From Alphaproteobacteria bacterium (GTDB lineage Bacteria > Pseudomonadota > Alphaproteobacteria > Bin95): 64,000 nucleotides of DNA. Of this stretch, positions 11,477 through 22,091 are shown one piece after another. Where the stretch lies: contig CBDCQY010000001.1 of the NCBI GenBank assembly GCA_965220855.1, positions 2,098,279 to 2,162,278 of the forward strand. The letters run 5' to 3'. The translations under genes and the position numbers were made by a program. How positions within the stretch are numbered: position 1 is the first letter of the stretch; every line of letters begins with the position of its first letter. The notes beneath the pieces are model-generated. The model made no database searches. It had not been told where the DNA came from and worked only from the letters and a program-made list of their open reading frames with translations.

Positions 11477-13096
11477 TCAGCCGCCCGCATCCTCCGCCAT
11501 CATGGCCGCCGCCTTTTCGGCGATCATCATGGTGGGAGCGTGGGTGTTGCCGTTGGTGAGCGTCGGCATGATCGAGGCGTCGGCGACGCGCAGGCCCTCC
11601 ACGCCATGCACCCGCAGGCGCGGATCGACCACCGCCAGCGGATCGACGCCCATCTTGCAGGTGCCGACCGGGTGGTAGATCGCAAGCCCCGTCTCGCGCG
11701 CATAGGCGAGCCAGTCCGCGTCGGTCTCGACCGCCGGGCCGGGCGCCTCCTCGGCGGCGATATGGCGGCGCATGGCGGCCGTCTCCATCAGCCGGCGGGC
11801 GATCTTCATGCCGCCGACCAGCGCCCGGCGGTCATGGTCCGACGCCAGATAATTGCCCCGGATCGACGGCTGCTCCGCCGGGTCGGCCGAGCGGATATGG
11901 ATGCTGCCGGCGCTTTCCGGCCGCGTCTGATAGGTGGCGATGGTCATGCCCGGCCAGCGCGCCAGCTGCTTGGTCGAGACATCGTCATAGCTCGCCGGCA
12001 CGATGTGATATTGCACGTCCGGGGCGGCCAGCTCCTCGCGCGTGCGCACGAAGCCGCCGACCACGCCCGGCGTCACCGTCAGCAGCCCGTGGCGGGTGAG
12101 CGCGTAGCGCAGCAGCTGGCCGGCGAAGGCGAGCCGGCGCGACTTCTCGTTGAGCGTCACCGGCCGCGCGATCCGCCAGACCGAGCGCGCGGCGTAATGG
12201 TCGCGATAGTTCTCGCCGACGCCCGGCAGCGCCACCTGCACCGCGACGCCGTGCGCGCGCAGAACTTCGGGCTGGCCGATGCCGGAGAGCTCCAGCAGCT
12301 GGGGCGACTGCACGGCGCCCGCCGCCAGCACGATGCCCCGTCGGGCCGCAGCGCGCTCCAGGCGCCCGCCCCGGCGATATTCGACCGCGACCGCGCGGCC
12401 CCCCTCCAGCACGACGCGTTCCGCCAGCGCATGGGTGCGCAGCGCCAGATTGGGGCGCTTCAGCGCGGGCTTGAGGAAGGCGCGGAAGGCGCTGTGCCGG
12501 AGCCCGCCCTTCTGGCAGACCTGGTAATAGGCGAAGCCGTCCTGCGAGGCGCCGTTATAGTCGGGATTGTGCGGGTAGCCGAGTTCCTCGGCGGCGCGGA
12601 TCACATCGTCGGTGAGCTCGAACCGGTCGCGCATGTCGGAGACGCGGAGCGCGCCCTCCGCGCCGCGAAAGGCCGGGTCGCCGCCGTCGCGCCGCTCGGA
12701 CCGCTTGAAGAAGGGCAGCACCTCCTCCCACGACCAGCCGCGATTGCCCATCTGCGCCCAGTCGTCGAAATCGCGCGCATGGCCGCGCACATAGAGCATG
12801 CCGTTGATCGAGGAGGAGCCGCCCACCACCTTGCCGCGCGGCAGCGGCATGGGGCGGTTGTGGGTGTAGTCCTCCGGGTCGATCTCGAAGCGCCAGTTCA
12901 CCACATGGCTGTTGATGGTGCGGGTGTAGCCGGCGGGGATGTGGATGAAGGGGTTTCGGTCATGCCCGCCGGCCTCCAGCACCAGCACGCTCTCGCCCGC
13001 GCGCTCCGAAAGCCGGGCGGCCAGCACCGAGCCGGCCGAGCCCGAGCCGACGACGATCCAGTCGAAGGCGCCGGCGTCGCTCGCCTGGGCGTTCAC
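11477..13096 (-). CDS. GMC-family oxidoreductase (choline dehydrogenase-like)
   Basis: GTG start at 13096 (VNAQAS...[14 protein letters not shown] Rossmann FAD motif) forming a GTGA overlap with the upstream LLM gene stop. Confidence 0.8.
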   Translation of the reverse strand: MNAQASDAGAFDWIVVGSGSAGSVLAARLSERAGESVLVLEAGGHDRNPFIHIPAGYTRTINSHVVNWRFEIDPEDYTHNRPMPLPRGKVVGGSSSINGMLYVRGHARDFDDWAQMGNRGWSWEEVLPFFKRSERRDGGDPAFRGAEGALRVSDMRDRFELTDDVIRAAEELGYPHNPDYNGASQDGFAYYQVCQKGGLRHSAFRAFLKPALKRPNLALRTHALAERVVLEGGRAVAVEYRRGGRLERAAARRGIVLAAGAVQSPQLLELSGIGQPEVLRAHGVAVQVALPGVGENYRDHYAARSVWRIARPVTLNEKSRRLAFAGQLLRYALTRHGLLTVTPGVVGGFVRTREELAAPDVQYHIVPASYDDVSTKQLARWPGMTIATYQTRPESAGSIHIRSADPAEQPSIRGNYLASDHDRRALVGGMKIARRLMETAAMRRHIAAEEAPGPAVETDADWLAYARETGLAIYHPVGTCKMGVDPLAVVDPRLRVHGVEGLRVADASIMPTLTNGNTHAPTMMIAEKAAAMMAEDAGG

Positions 13097-13968
13097 AGCG
13101 CGATCTCCGCCTTCACGCGGCGCATGGCCTCGATATGGGCGTCCGCCCCCCGCAGGCCGCCATCCATGGTGTTGACGGTGAGATGCGAGGCGCCGACGCC
13201 CCGCCAGAAATCGACATCCGCCTGCCAGGCGCGCGCGTCGAGCGGCTCGCCGGCCCTGGCGTAGCGCAGCCAGGAGTCGATGCCGATCTCGGCCGGGTCG
13301 CGCCCGGCCTCGCGGGTGAGCGCGCGCAGCCGCTCGATCCGGGCGGCGGTCTTCTCCGACGGCGTGAACAGCGGGAACCAGCCGTCGGCGATGCGCGCCA
13401 CGCGCTCGATGGTCGCGTCGGCATGGCCGCCGATCCACACCGGGATCGGGCGCTGGACCGGCAGCGGGTTGAGGCCGGCGGCGGCGAAGCCGTGCCAGTG
13501 GCCCTCGACCGTCACCAGCTCTTCCGTCCACAGCCGGCGCAGCAGCGCGATCTGCTCCTCCGAGCGCCGGCCGCGGGTGTGGAAATCCTCGTTCAGCGCC
13601 TGGAATTCGACCTGGTTCCAGCCGACCCCGACGCCGAGCCGGAGCCGCCCGCCGGAGAGGATATCCACCTCCGCCGCCTGCTTGGCGACCAGCGCCGTCT
13701 GGCGCTGCGGCAGGATGAGAATGCCGGTGACCAGCTCGATGCGCTCCGTCAGCGCCGCCAGCCAGCCGAACAGCACCAGCGGCTCATGGAACATCGAGCG
13801 GTGCGTGTAGGGGCCGGTCAGCCGATGCGCGTCGGGGTCCGCGCCCAGCACATGGTCGAAGGCCAGCAGATGCGCGTAGCCGAGCTCCTCCGCCGCCTGC
13901 GCGAAGTCCCGGCAGGCGGCCGGATCGGCCCCGATCTCGGTCTGGGGAAAGACGACGCCGAGTTTCAT
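13093..13968 (-). CDS. LLM-class flavin-dependent oxidoreductase (luciferase-like monooxygenase)
   Basis: 291 aa, luciferase-like TIM-barrel sequence (GYAHLLAFDHV..., LSGGRLRLGVGVGW). Confidence 0.75.
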   Translation of the reverse strand: MKLGVVFPQTEIGADPAACRDFAQAAEELGYAHLLAFDHVLGADPDAHRLTGPYTHRSMFHEPLVLFGWLAALTERIELVTGILILPQRQTALVAKQAAEVDILSGGRLRLGVGVGWNQVEFQALNEDFHTRGRRSEEQIALLRRLWTEELVTVEGHWHGFAAAGLNPLPVQRPIPVWIGGHADATIERVARIADGWFPLFTPSEKTAARIERLRALTREAGRDPAEIGIDSWLRYARAGEPLDARAWQADVDFWRGVGASHLTVNTMDGGLRGADAHIEAMRRVKAEIAL

Positions 13969-14025
13969 GCCGGAAGCCTCCCTGCTGCAACGGGCGCGCT
14001 GAGTGTATCGGACAGGCCGCGCGCC

Positions 14026-15471
14026 TCAATAGCCGGGCGGGGGCTGGAAGCCGCCGAACTCGCGCTCGATCAGCCGGGCGGTGTGGATGCAGGTCCGGTC
14101 GCCGAGGAAGGGGCCGACGATCTGCACCCCGCCCGGCAGGCCGTCGCGGGCGAGGCCGGCCGGCGCGACCGCGCCCGGCAGCCAGGCCATGCCGTTCAGC
14201 CCGGCCCAGAACAGCTGGTCGGTGGTCGGCGCGTCGCGATTGTTGACCCGGATGGTGCGCTCATGGCGCTCGCCCTCGCGGTCGTGCGGGAAAGCCGTGG
14301 AGGCGGCGACGGGGCAGAGCAGCACGTCCCAGTCCTGGAAGAAGCGATGCCAGGCCCAGCGGAAATGCTGGCGCTTCTCCCGCCAGGAGAGCCATTCGCG
14401 ATGCATCATCATGTTGCCGCGCGCCATGCGGGCGTAATAGCTGTCGTCCCCGGGGTCGAGGCTGCGGACGGCCTCTTCATGCTCGCGCAACACGGCCTCC
14501 GGCTGGCGGGCGCTGGTGGCGGCGCGCAGCAGCAGGATGTAGCACTCGTGCAGCGCCTTCATGTCGATCTCGGGCCGGGCGGTGTCGCTCACCACCGCGC
14601 CCGTCGCCGCGATGCGGTCCACCAGGTCCTGCAGCAGGTCGCGATAGACGCTGTCCACATCCGAGGGTTCCGCTTCCAGCATCACCGCCACGCGCAGGCC
14701 CCGGAAGTCGGGGACGCGCGGCCCCGGAAGCTCCAGCCGATAGCCGGCGGCCTCCATCTCGTCCGGTCCCGCCATGGCGTCGAAGGCGGCCTCCAGATCG
14801 TCGGCGGAGCGCGCCAGCGGGCCGATGACCGAAATGTCGGAGGGCGCCAGCACGCCCGGCAGCGCATGGCCGCGCGGCGGGCAGACGCCCCAGCTCGGCT
14901 TGTGGCCGAAGACGCCGCAATAATGCGCCGGATTGCGGATCGAGGAGCCGATGTCGCTGCCGGCCTCGATGCCCGTCAGGCCGGCGGCGAGCGCCGCCCC
15001 GGAGCCGCCGGAGGAGCCGCCCGGCGTGCGCGTCGGGTCCCAGGGATTGCAGGTGGCGCCGTAGATGTCGTTGTAGCTCTGCCAGTCGGCCAGCATCAGC
15101 GGCACGTTGGTCTTGCCGAAGAGCGTGACGCCGGCGGCCTTGAGGCGCTCGACCGCCACGCAGTCCTCGCGGGCGATATTGTCGCGAAAGGCCGGATCGC
15201 CCCAGGTGGTCGGCGCGCCGGCCACGTTGTAGCTCTCCTTGATGGTCATCGGCACGCCGTGCAGCGGGGGCAGGTCGCCGCCGGCCAGCGTCTTCCGGTC
15301 GGCGGCGCGCGCCGTCGCCCGCGCGCCCTCGCGGTCCTGCCAGATAATGGCGTTGAGGGCGGGATTGTGCGCATCCACGCGCTCGAAATAATGCTCCAGC
15401 AGTTCCTCCGCCCCGATCTCCCGCCGGCGGATCATGGCGGCGAGTTCGGTGGCGGACTTGAAGGCGGTCAT
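14026..15471 (-). CDS. Amidase (amidase-signature family)
   Basis: Start MTAFKSATELAAM at ATG 15471 with GGGAGAA RBS; GGSSGGSGAA amidase signature. Confidence 0.85.
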   Translation of the reverse strand: MTAFKSATELAAMIRRREIGAEELLEHYFERVDAHNPALNAIIWQDREGARATARAADRKTLAGGDLPPLHGVPMTIKESYNVAGAPTTWGDPAFRDNIAREDCVAVERLKAAGVTLFGKTNVPLMLADWQSYNDIYGATCNPWDPTRTPGGSSGGSGAALAAGLTGIEAGSDIGSSIRNPAHYCGVFGHKPSWGVCPPRGHALPGVLAPSDISVIGPLARSADDLEAAFDAMAGPDEMEAAGYRLELPGPRVPDFRGLRVAVMLEAEPSDVDSVYRDLLQDLVDRIAATGAVVSDTARPEIDMKALHECYILLLRAATSARQPEAVLREHEEAVRSLDPGDDSYYARMARGNMMMHREWLSWREKRQHFRWAWHRFFQDWDVLLCPVAASTAFPHDREGERHERTIRVNNRDAPTTDQLFWAGLNGMAWLPGAVAPAGLARDGLPGGVQIVGPFLGDRTCIHTARLIEREFGGFQPPPGY

Positions 15472-15533
15472 GGCGGTTCTCCCGTCGTGCTCCCGGTGCG
15501 CTATATTGCACGAAGAACGGAGGAGGCGGGGCA

Positions 15534-16403
15534 ATGGAATTTTCACCGATCTCGGGCGCCTGCGGCGCGGAAGTCTCCGGCGTCGATCTGGCCCGCGACC
15601 TGACCCCGGAGCGCGTGCAGGCGCTGCAGGCGGGGCTCGGCGCCCACGGCGTGCTGGTGTTTCGCGACCAGACGCTCGCGCCGGAAGCGCATCTGGCCAT
15701 GGGCGAGGCGTTCGGCGGCGTCAATATCAACCGCTTCTTCCGCGCGGTGGAGGGCCATCCGGGCATCGCCGAGGTGCGCAAGGAGCCCGAGCAGCGCTCC
15801 AATATCGGCAATGACTGGCACACCGACCACAGCTACGACGCCGAGCCGGCGCTCGGCTCCATCCTGGTGGCGCGGGAGCTGCCGCCCACCGGCGGCGACA
15901 CCCAGTTCGCCAGCATGTATGCCGCCTGGGAGGCGCTCTCGGACGGGCTGAAGGCGATGCTCGCCGACATGAAGGCGGTCCACTCCAGCCGCCATGTCTT
16001 CGGCGCGCGCGCCAGATATCGCAGGGAGAGCGACCTGACCGGCCGGCTCGGCAACACCGAGGCGGCCACGCAGGACGCCGTGCATCCGGTCGTCATCCGC
16101 CATCCGGTGAGCGGCCGGCCGGCGCTCTATGTCAATCGCGGCTTCACCCTGCGCTTCGACGGCTGGACGGAGGAGGAGAGCCGGCCGCTGCTGGAGATGC
16201 TCTATCGGCACGGCTCCCGCCCGGAATTCACCTGCCGGGTGCGCTTCCGCCCCGGCACGGTGGTCTTCTGGGACAATCGCTGCACCTGGCACTATGCGCT
16301 CAACGACTATCCCGGCCACCGCCGGCTGATGCACCGCGTCACCGTCGAGGGCGCCCCGCTCGCGCCCTGGCAGTCCGGGACGCCGGAGCGCGACGCCGCC
16401 TGA
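15534..16403 (+). CDS. TauD/TfdA-family Fe(II)/2-oxoglutarate dioxygenase
   Basis: 289 aa; WHTDHSYDAEP HxD motif and C-terminal TWHYALNDY. Confidence 0.85.
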   Translation: MEFSPISGACGAEVSGVDLARDLTPERVQALQAGLGAHGVLVFRDQTLAPEAHLAMGEAFGGVNINRFFRAVEGHPGIAEVRKEPEQRSNIGNDWHTDHSYDAEPALGSILVARELPPTGGDTQFASMYAAWEALSDGLKAMLADMKAVHSSRHVFGARARYRRESDLTGRLGNTEAATQDAVHPVVIRHPVSGRPALYVNRGFTLRFDGWTEEESRPLLEMLYRHGSRPEFTCRVRFRPGTVVFWDNRCTWHYALNDYPGHRRLMHRVTVEGAPLAPWQSGTPERDAA

Positions 16404-16489
16404 GCGGCGCCCGGTCGCCGGGCGGCGCGCAACGCGCGGTCGGACACAACATCGCCCGCTTCCAGCGCGCTCAGGCCTTCGGCGGCTCC

Positions 16490-17317
16490 TCAATCCCAGG
16501 CGGCGAGGGGGGGCAGCGACATGAAGATGGCGTCGATATTGCCGCCGGTCATCAGGCCGAAGCGCGTGCCCCGGTCGTGGAGCAGGTTGAACTCGACATA
16601 GCGCCCCCGGCGGCGGAGCTGATGGGCGCGGTCGGCCTCGGTCCAGGGCCGGTCCATCCGCTCCCGAACGATCTGCGGATAGACCTCCAGCACCGCCTTG
16701 CCGACATCGCGCACGAAGGCGAAGTCCGCCTCCCAGTCGCCGGTGGCGAGATCGTCGAAGAAGATGCCGCCGACGCCGCGCGGCTCCTCGCGGTGGGGCA
16801 GGTGGAAATACTCGTCGCACCAGGCCTTGAAGCGCGGATAGTAGTCGGGGTCGTGGCGGGCGCAGGCGGCCTCCAGCGCGCCGTGAAAGGCCCGCCGCTC
16901 GGCGTCGGCGCGCTCGGGAAACATCGGCGTGAGATCCGCGCCGCCGCCGAACCAGCCCCGCGACGTCACGATATGGCGCGTGTTCATGTGCATCGCCGGC
17001 ACGAAGGGCGAGGCCATATGCGCCACCAGCGAGACGCCCGACGCCCAGAAGCGCGACTCCGCCCCCGGCAACTGCGCCCGGAGCGCCTCCGGCAGCGCGC
17101 CATGCACGGTGGAGACATTGACGCCGACCTTCTCGAACACCCGGCCCTTCATCACCGACATGACGCCGCCGCCGCCGCCCGGCCGCGACCAGGGCCGACG
17201 CTGGAAGCGCGCGCCGTCGGGCTCCAGCGCCTCGAAGGCGGCGCAGAAGGCGTCGCGCAACTCCTCGAACCAGAGGCGCGCCCGCTGCGTCGGCTCCGTC
17301 TCCGCCGTGTCGGTCAC
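16490..17317 (-). CDS. hemF: Oxygen-dependent coproporphyrinogen III oxidase
   Basis: C-terminal 276 aa of the 967-aa ORF; GTG start at 17317 preceded by AGGGAG; HemF-like [19 protein letters not shown] tail. Confidence 0.8.
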   Translation of the reverse strand: MTDTAETEPTQRARLWFEELRDAFCAAFEALEPDGARFQRRPWSRPGGGGGVMSVMKGRVFEKVGVNVSTVHGALPEALRAQLPGAESRFWASGVSLVAHMASPFVPAMHMNTRHIVTSRGWFGGGADLTPMFPERADAERRAFHGALEAACARHDPDYYPRFKAWCDEYFHLPHREEPRGVGGIFFDDLATGDWEADFAFVRDVGKAVLEVYPQIVRERMDRPWTEADRAHQLRRRGRYVEFNLLHDRGTRFGLMTGGNIDAIFMSLPPLAAWD

Positions 17318-17506
17318 CGGGGCCTCCCTGTGGCGTCCTCGGAGGCCGCAATCTGGGCCATCCGGGGCCGGATGAGAACGCCCCCGAAGCGCCCTTCGGC
17401 ATTTACGCGGCATCGGGTCGCATAGCGATGCGGATGCCCGCCGACATACTCCAAGGGTCATGCGGCAGGCGCCCGACATCCGGCGGCGCGAAGGAGTGTC
17501 CGGGAC

Positions 17507-18052
17507 ATGGCGGCAACGGCGGACGAGGCGGGCGGCGGCGACGTCACCCGTCGCGACTTCCTCGAATATGCGGCCGGCGGCATGGCCGCCGTCGGCGCGG
17601 CGGCGGCCGGCTGGACGCTGATCGACAATATGAATCCGGCGGCCGACGTGCTGGCGCTCTCGACGACCGAGGTCGATCTGGAGGCCATCGAGCCCGGCCA
17701 GTCGATCACCGTGGTCTGGCAGAAGAAGCCGGTCTTCGTGCGCCGGCGCACCGAGGCCGAGATCCAGGCGGCGGCCGAGACGCCGCTCGACAGCCTGCCC
17801 GACCCGGCGGCGGACGGCGACCGGGTGCAGAAGGCCGAATGGCTGGTGCTGGTCGGCGTGTGCACCCATCTCGGCTGCATCCCGCTCGGGCAGAAGGACA
17901 CCGACGAGAAGGGCGAATATGGCGGCTGGTTCTGCCCCTGCCACGGCTCCCACTACGACACGTCGGGGCGAATCCGGAAGGGGCCGGCGCCGGAAAACCT
18001 GCCCGTGCCGCCCTACCGGTTCCTTGAAGACACCCGCATCCTGATCGGCTGA
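17507..18052 (+). CDS. petA: Ubiquinol-cytochrome c reductase Rieske iron-sulfur subunit
   Basis: 181 aa; CTHLGC and CPCHGSHYD Rieske boxes; Tat-like RRDFLEY N-terminus. Confidence 0.9.
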   Translation: MAATADEAGGGDVTRRDFLEYAAGGMAAVGAAAAGWTLIDNMNPAADVLALSTTEVDLEAIEPGQSITVVWQKKPVFVRRRTEAEIQAAAETPLDSLPDPAADGDRVQKAEWLVLVGVCTHLGCIPLGQKDTDEKGEYGGWFCPCHGSHYDTSGRIRKGPAPENLPVPPYRFLEDTRILIG

Positions 18053-18058
18053 ATTGCG

Positions 18059-19324
18059 ATGGCTGCGCCCAAGTTCCAGAACCCCATCGTCCGGTGGATC
18101 GACTACCGGCTGCCGGTGTTCACCTTCATGCATCACGAGATGTATGAATATCCGACCCCGAAGAACCTCAACTACTGGTGGAACTTCGGCTCGCTCGCCG
18201 GCTTCATGCTGATCGTGATGATCGTCACCGGCATCGTGCTGGCGATGAACTACACGCCGCATGTGGATCACGCCTTCGACAGCGTGGAGCGCATCCGCCG
18301 GGATGTGCCCTTCGGCTGGCTGATCCAGTTCATCCACATGAACGGCGCGTCCTTCTTCTTCATCGTCGTCTATATCCACGTATTTCGCGGGCTGTATTAC
18401 GGCTCCTACAAGTCGCCGCGAGAGATATTGTGGATCCTGGGCGTCGTCATCATGCTGCTGATGATGGCCACGGCTTTCATGGGCTATGTGCTGCCCTGGG
18501 GCCAGATGAGCTTCTGGGGCGCCACGGTCATCACCAACCTGTTCTCGGCGATACCGGTGTTCGGCGACGACATCGTGAGCTGGCTCTGGGGCGGTTTCGC
18601 GGTCGATAACTCGACGCTCAACCGGTTCTACTCGCTGCACTATCTGCTGCCCTTCGTCATTGTCGGCGTGGTGGCGCTGCATGTGGTGGCGCTGCACACC
18701 CACGGCTCCAACAACCCGCTCGGCATCGATGCGCGCGGCAAGCAGGACAGCATCCCCTTCCATCCCTACTACACGGTCAAGGACTTCTTCGGCCTCGGCG
18801 TGTTCCTGACGATCTTCTGCCTGTTCGTCTTCTTCGCGCCGGACTATCTCGGCCATCCGGACAATTATGTGCCGGCCAATCCGCTGGTGACGCCGCCGCA
18901 TATCGTGCCGGAATGGTATTTCCTGCCCTTCTACGCCATCCTGCGCGCCATCCCGGACAAGCTGCTGGGCGTGGTCGCCATGTTCGCGGCCATCGCGGTG
19001 CTGTTCATCCTGCCCTGGCTGGACCGCTCGCCGGTGCGCAGCGCGCGCTTCCGGCCGATCTACAAGCAGTTCTTCTGGCTGCTGGTGATCGACTGCCTGG
19101 TGCTGGGCTATATCGGCTCCAAGCCGCCGGAGGGCTGGTACATCCATATCGGACGCCTGGCGACGCTCTACTATTTCGCCCACTTCCTGGTCATCCTGCC
19201 CCTGCTCTCCGTGTTCGAGAGGCCGCGCCCGCTGCCGCTCTCCATCGGCGAGCCGGTGCTCGGCGGGCGGGCCGGGGAACCGCCGCCCGAACCGCCGGAC
19301 GGCGTTGCGACGGGGAGGACGTGA
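18059..19324 (+). CDS. petB: Cytochrome b
   Basis: 421 aa; classic cytochrome b sequence ([11 protein letters not shown], haem-ligand His pairs). Confidence 0.9.
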   Translation: MAAPKFQNPIVRWIDYRLPVFTFMHHEMYEYPTPKNLNYWWNFGSLAGFMLIVMIVTGIVLAMNYTPHVDHAFDSVERIRRDVPFGWLIQFIHMNGASFFFIVVYIHVFRGLYYGSYKSPREILWILGVVIMLLMMATAFMGYVLPWGQMSFWGATVITNLFSAIPVFGDDIVSWLWGGFAVDNSTLNRFYSLHYLLPFVIVGVVALHVVALHTHGSNNPLGIDARGKQDSIPFHPYYTVKDFFGLGVFLTIFCLFVFFAPDYLGHPDNYVPANPLVTPPHIVPEWYFLPFYAILRAIPDKLLGVVAMFAAIAVLFILPWLDRSPVRSARFRPIYKQFFWLLVIDCLVLGYIGSKPPEGWYIHIGRLATLYYFAHFLVILPLLSVFERPRPLPLSIGEPVLGGRAGEPPPEPPDGVATGRT

Positions 19325-20097
19325 TGCGCATCCGCCTTCTCGGCGCCGCCTGCGCCGCCACGCTCGCTCTCGCCTCTCTGGCGGGACCCGCATCCGCCGC
19401 CGGTGGCGGCGACGTCGCGCCGCCGGCGCGCGACTGGAGCTTCCAGGGCATCTTCGGCGCGTTCGACCGGGCCGCCCTGCAGCGGGGATATCAGGTCTAT
19501 CGCGAGGTGTGCGCCGGCTGCCACGCCATGCGGCTGCTCTACTACCGCAACCTCATGCAGATCGGCATGTCGGAGGCCGCCGCGAAGGCGGAGGCCGCCA
19601 ACGCCTTCATCGTGGACGGGCCGGACGAGGACGGCGAGATGTTCGAGCGCCCCGGCAAGCTCTCGGACCGCTTCGTCTCGCCCTTCCCCAACGACAACGC
19701 CGCCAAGGCGTCCAATGGCGGCGCGCTGCCGCCGGACCTCAGCCTGTTCGCCAAGAACCAGGCCGGCGGGCCGGACTATATCGCCGCCCTGCTGATGGGC
19801 TATGAGGAGCCGCCGGAAGGCTTCGAGCTCGGCGACATCCAGCATTACAACCCCTATTTCGCCGGCAGCCGCATCTCCATGCCGCCGCCGCTGGCCGAGG
19901 ACCTGGTGGAATATGCCGACGGCACGCCGGCCACGGTGGAGCAGATGGCGCTGGATGTGTCGGCCTTCCTGATGTTCGCCGCCGAACCGCATCTGGAGGA
20001 CCGGCACCGCCTGGGCGTCAAAGTGGTGATCTTCCTGCTGCTGCTGACCGGCCTGCTCTACGCCCTGAAACGCAAGGTGTGGAGGGACGTGCATTGA
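19324..20097 (+). CDS. petC: Cytochrome c1
   Basis: ATG at 19324 overlaps petB TGA (TGATG); signal peptide plus CAGCH haem-binding motif. Confidence 0.85.
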   Translation: MRIRLLGAACAATLALASLAGPASAAGGGDVAPPARDWSFQGIFGAFDRAALQRGYQVYREVCAGCHAMRLLYYRNLMQIGMSEAAAKAEAANAFIVDGPDEDGEMFERPGKLSDRFVSPFPNDNAAKASNGGALPPDLSLFAKNQAGGPDYIAALLMGYEEPPEGFELGDIQHYNPYFAGSRISMPPPLAEDLVEYADGTPATVEQMALDVSAFLMFAAEPHLEDRHRLGVKVVIFLLLLTGLLYALKRKVWRDVH

Positions 20098-20981
20098 ACG
20101 GCGCGCCGGTCGTCGGCATCGTCGGAGGCAGCGGCCTCTACGAGCTCGACGGCCTGGAGGACCCGCGCTGGATCGCCGTCCGCAGCCCCTGGGGCGAACC
20201 CTCGGATGAAATCCTGCACGCCCGGCTGGACGGCGTGGAGCTGCGCTTCCTGCCGCGCCACGGGCGCGGGCACCGCGTCAGCCCGAGCGACCTCGACAAC
20301 CGCGCCAATATCGACGCGCTGAAGCGCGCCGGCGCGACGGAGATCGTCTCGCTGTCGGCGGTCGGCTCGCTGCGGGAGGAACACGCGCCGGGCGACTTCG
20401 TGCTGGTCGATCAGTTCATCGACCGCACCTTCGCGCGCGCCAAGACCTTCTTCGGCGCCGGCTGCACGGCGCATGTCTCCATGGCGGACCCGGTCTGCCC
20501 CCGGCTCGGCGACGCGCTCATGGCGGCCGCGGGCGAGGCCGGCCTCCGGCTCCACCGGGGCGGGACCTATCTCGCCATGGAGGGGCCGCAATTCTCCACC
20601 CGCGCCGAGAGCGCGCTCTATCGAAGCTGGGGCTGCGCGGTTATCGGCATGACCGCCATGCCGGAGGCGAAGCTCGCCCGCGAGGCCGAGCTCTGCTACG
20701 CCACCGTCGCCATGGTGACCGATTACGATTGCTGGCATGACGACCATGAGGATGTGTCTGTCGAGACCGTGATCCGGGTGCTGCTGGGCAATGCCGAGAA
20801 GGGTCGGGCGCTGGTGCGCCATCTGCTGCCGGCGCTCGGCCGGCGCCGCGAGGCCTGCCACGCCGGCTGCCACCATGCGCTGGAGCACGCCCTGATCACC
20901 CGGCCCGAAGCGCGCGACCCGGCCCTGCTGGCGAAGCTCGACGCCGTTGCCGGCCGGGTGCTGCGCGCACCCCCGGCATGA
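20079..20981 (+). CDS. mtnP: S-methyl-5'-thioadenosine phosphorylase
   Basis: 300 aa, purine nucleoside phosphorylase family (GIVGGSGLYEL); exact start uncertain because it overlaps the petC end. Confidence 0.8.
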   Translation: MEGRALNGAPVVGIVGGSGLYELDGLEDPRWIAVRSPWGEPSDEILHARLDGVELRFLPRHGRGHRVSPSDLDNRANIDALKRAGATEIVSLSAVGSLREEHAPGDFVLVDQFIDRTFARAKTFFGAGCTAHVSMADPVCPRLGDALMAAAGEAGLRLHRGGTYLAMEGPQFSTRAESALYRSWGCAVIGMTAMPEAKLAREAELCYATVAMVTDYDCWHDDHEDVSVETVIRVLLGNAEKGRALVRHLLPALGRRREACHAGCHHALEHALITRPEARDPALLAKLDAVAGRVLRAPPA

Positions 20982-22087
20982 AGGTCGATGGCGTTCCCTG
21001 GCGCAGCATCTGGCCGGAGGCCGACGGGCGGTCGGTCGGCGTCATCGATCAGACCTGGCTGCCGCACCGTTTCCGGACCCGCCGGCTCGCCTCGCTGGAG
21101 GACGCCGCCGAGGCGATTCGGGTCATGCGGGTGCGCGGCGCGCCGCTGATCGGCGCGACGGCCGCCTACGGCCTGGCGCTGGCGCTCGACCGCGACCCCT
21201 CCGACACGGCGCTCGACGCCGCGCGCGCAACGCTGCTGGCGACGCGGCCGACCGCGGTCAACCTCTCCTGGGCGCTGGCGGAGGTCGCGCGCACCGTCGG
21301 CCCGCTGCCGGAGGAAGCGCGCGCAGCGGCCGCCTTCCGCCGGGCGGGCGAGATTGCGGATGAGGATGTCGGGATCAACCGCGCCATCGGCGGGCACGGG
21401 CTGGGTCTTATCCGCGCCGCCGCTGCAGGCCGCAGCGGCGAGCCGGTGCAGATCCTGACGCATTGCAACGCCGGCTGGCTGGCGACGGTCGATTGGGGCA
21501 CCGCGCTCGCGCCGATCTATCTGGCGCATGACGAGGGCGTGGCGCTGCATGTCTGGGTGGATGAGACCCGGCCGCGCAACCAGGGCGCCGGGCTGACCGC
21601 CTGGGAGCTCGGCCGCCACGGGGTGCCGCACACGGTCGTCGTCGATAGCGCCGCCGGTCATCTGATGCAGCGCGGCCGGGTCGATCTCTGCATCGTCGGC
21701 ACCGATCGCACCACCGCGACAGGCGATGTCTGCAACAAGATCGGCACCTACGCCAAGGCGCTGGCGGCGGCAGATAATGGCGTGCCCTTCTATGTGGCGC
21801 TGCCCGGCCCGACCATCGACTGGACGCGCAGCGACGGCCTCGCCTCGATCCCGATCGAGGAGCGCGACGCCTCGGAAGTGCGCACGGTGTGGGGCCGGAC
21901 CGAGGCCGGCGGGCTGGAGGCGGTGGCGGTGGCCCCGGCGGACTCGCCCGCCGCCAACCCCGCCTTCGACATCACCCCGGCCCGGCTGGTCACCGGCCTG
22001 ATCACCGAGCGCGGCGTCGCCGCTCCGGACGGCCTTGCGGGGCTGTTCCCGGAACATGCGCCCGCCGCGAGCGAACAGGGAGTTTGA
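20978..22087 (+). CDS. mtnA: S-methyl-5-thioribose-1-phosphate isomerase
   Basis: 369 aa, eIF2B-like MtnA family; ATGA overlap with mtnP stop. Confidence 0.85.
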   Translation: MKVDGVPWRSIWPEADGRSVGVIDQTWLPHRFRTRRLASLEDAAEAIRVMRVRGAPLIGATAAYGLALALDRDPSDTALDAARATLLATRPTAVNLSWALAEVARTVGPLPEEARAAAAFRRAGEIADEDVGINRAIGGHGLGLIRAAAAGRSGEPVQILTHCNAGWLATVDWGTALAPIYLAHDEGVALHVWVDETRPRNQGAGLTAWELGRHGVPHTVVVDSAAGHLMQRGRVDLCIVGTDRTTATGDVCNKIGTYAKALAAADNGVPFYVALPGPTIDWTRSDGLASIPIEERDASEVRTVWGRTEAGGLEAVAVAPADSPAANPAFDITPARLVTGLITERGVAAPDGLAGLFPEHAPAASEQGV

Positions 22088-22091
22088 GCCT

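Noticed and set aside
16403-16490. GC hairpin (cgcccggtcgccgggcg) after the TauD-like gene as a possible terminator
   Set aside because: No downstream U-tract. Such GC palindromes are frequent in high-GC genomes, so confidence is too low to call a terminator.
16490-19393. 967-aa minus-strand ORF
   Set aside because: Only the C-terminal 276 aa (hemF) is real. The rest is antisense to the conserved petA/petB genes.
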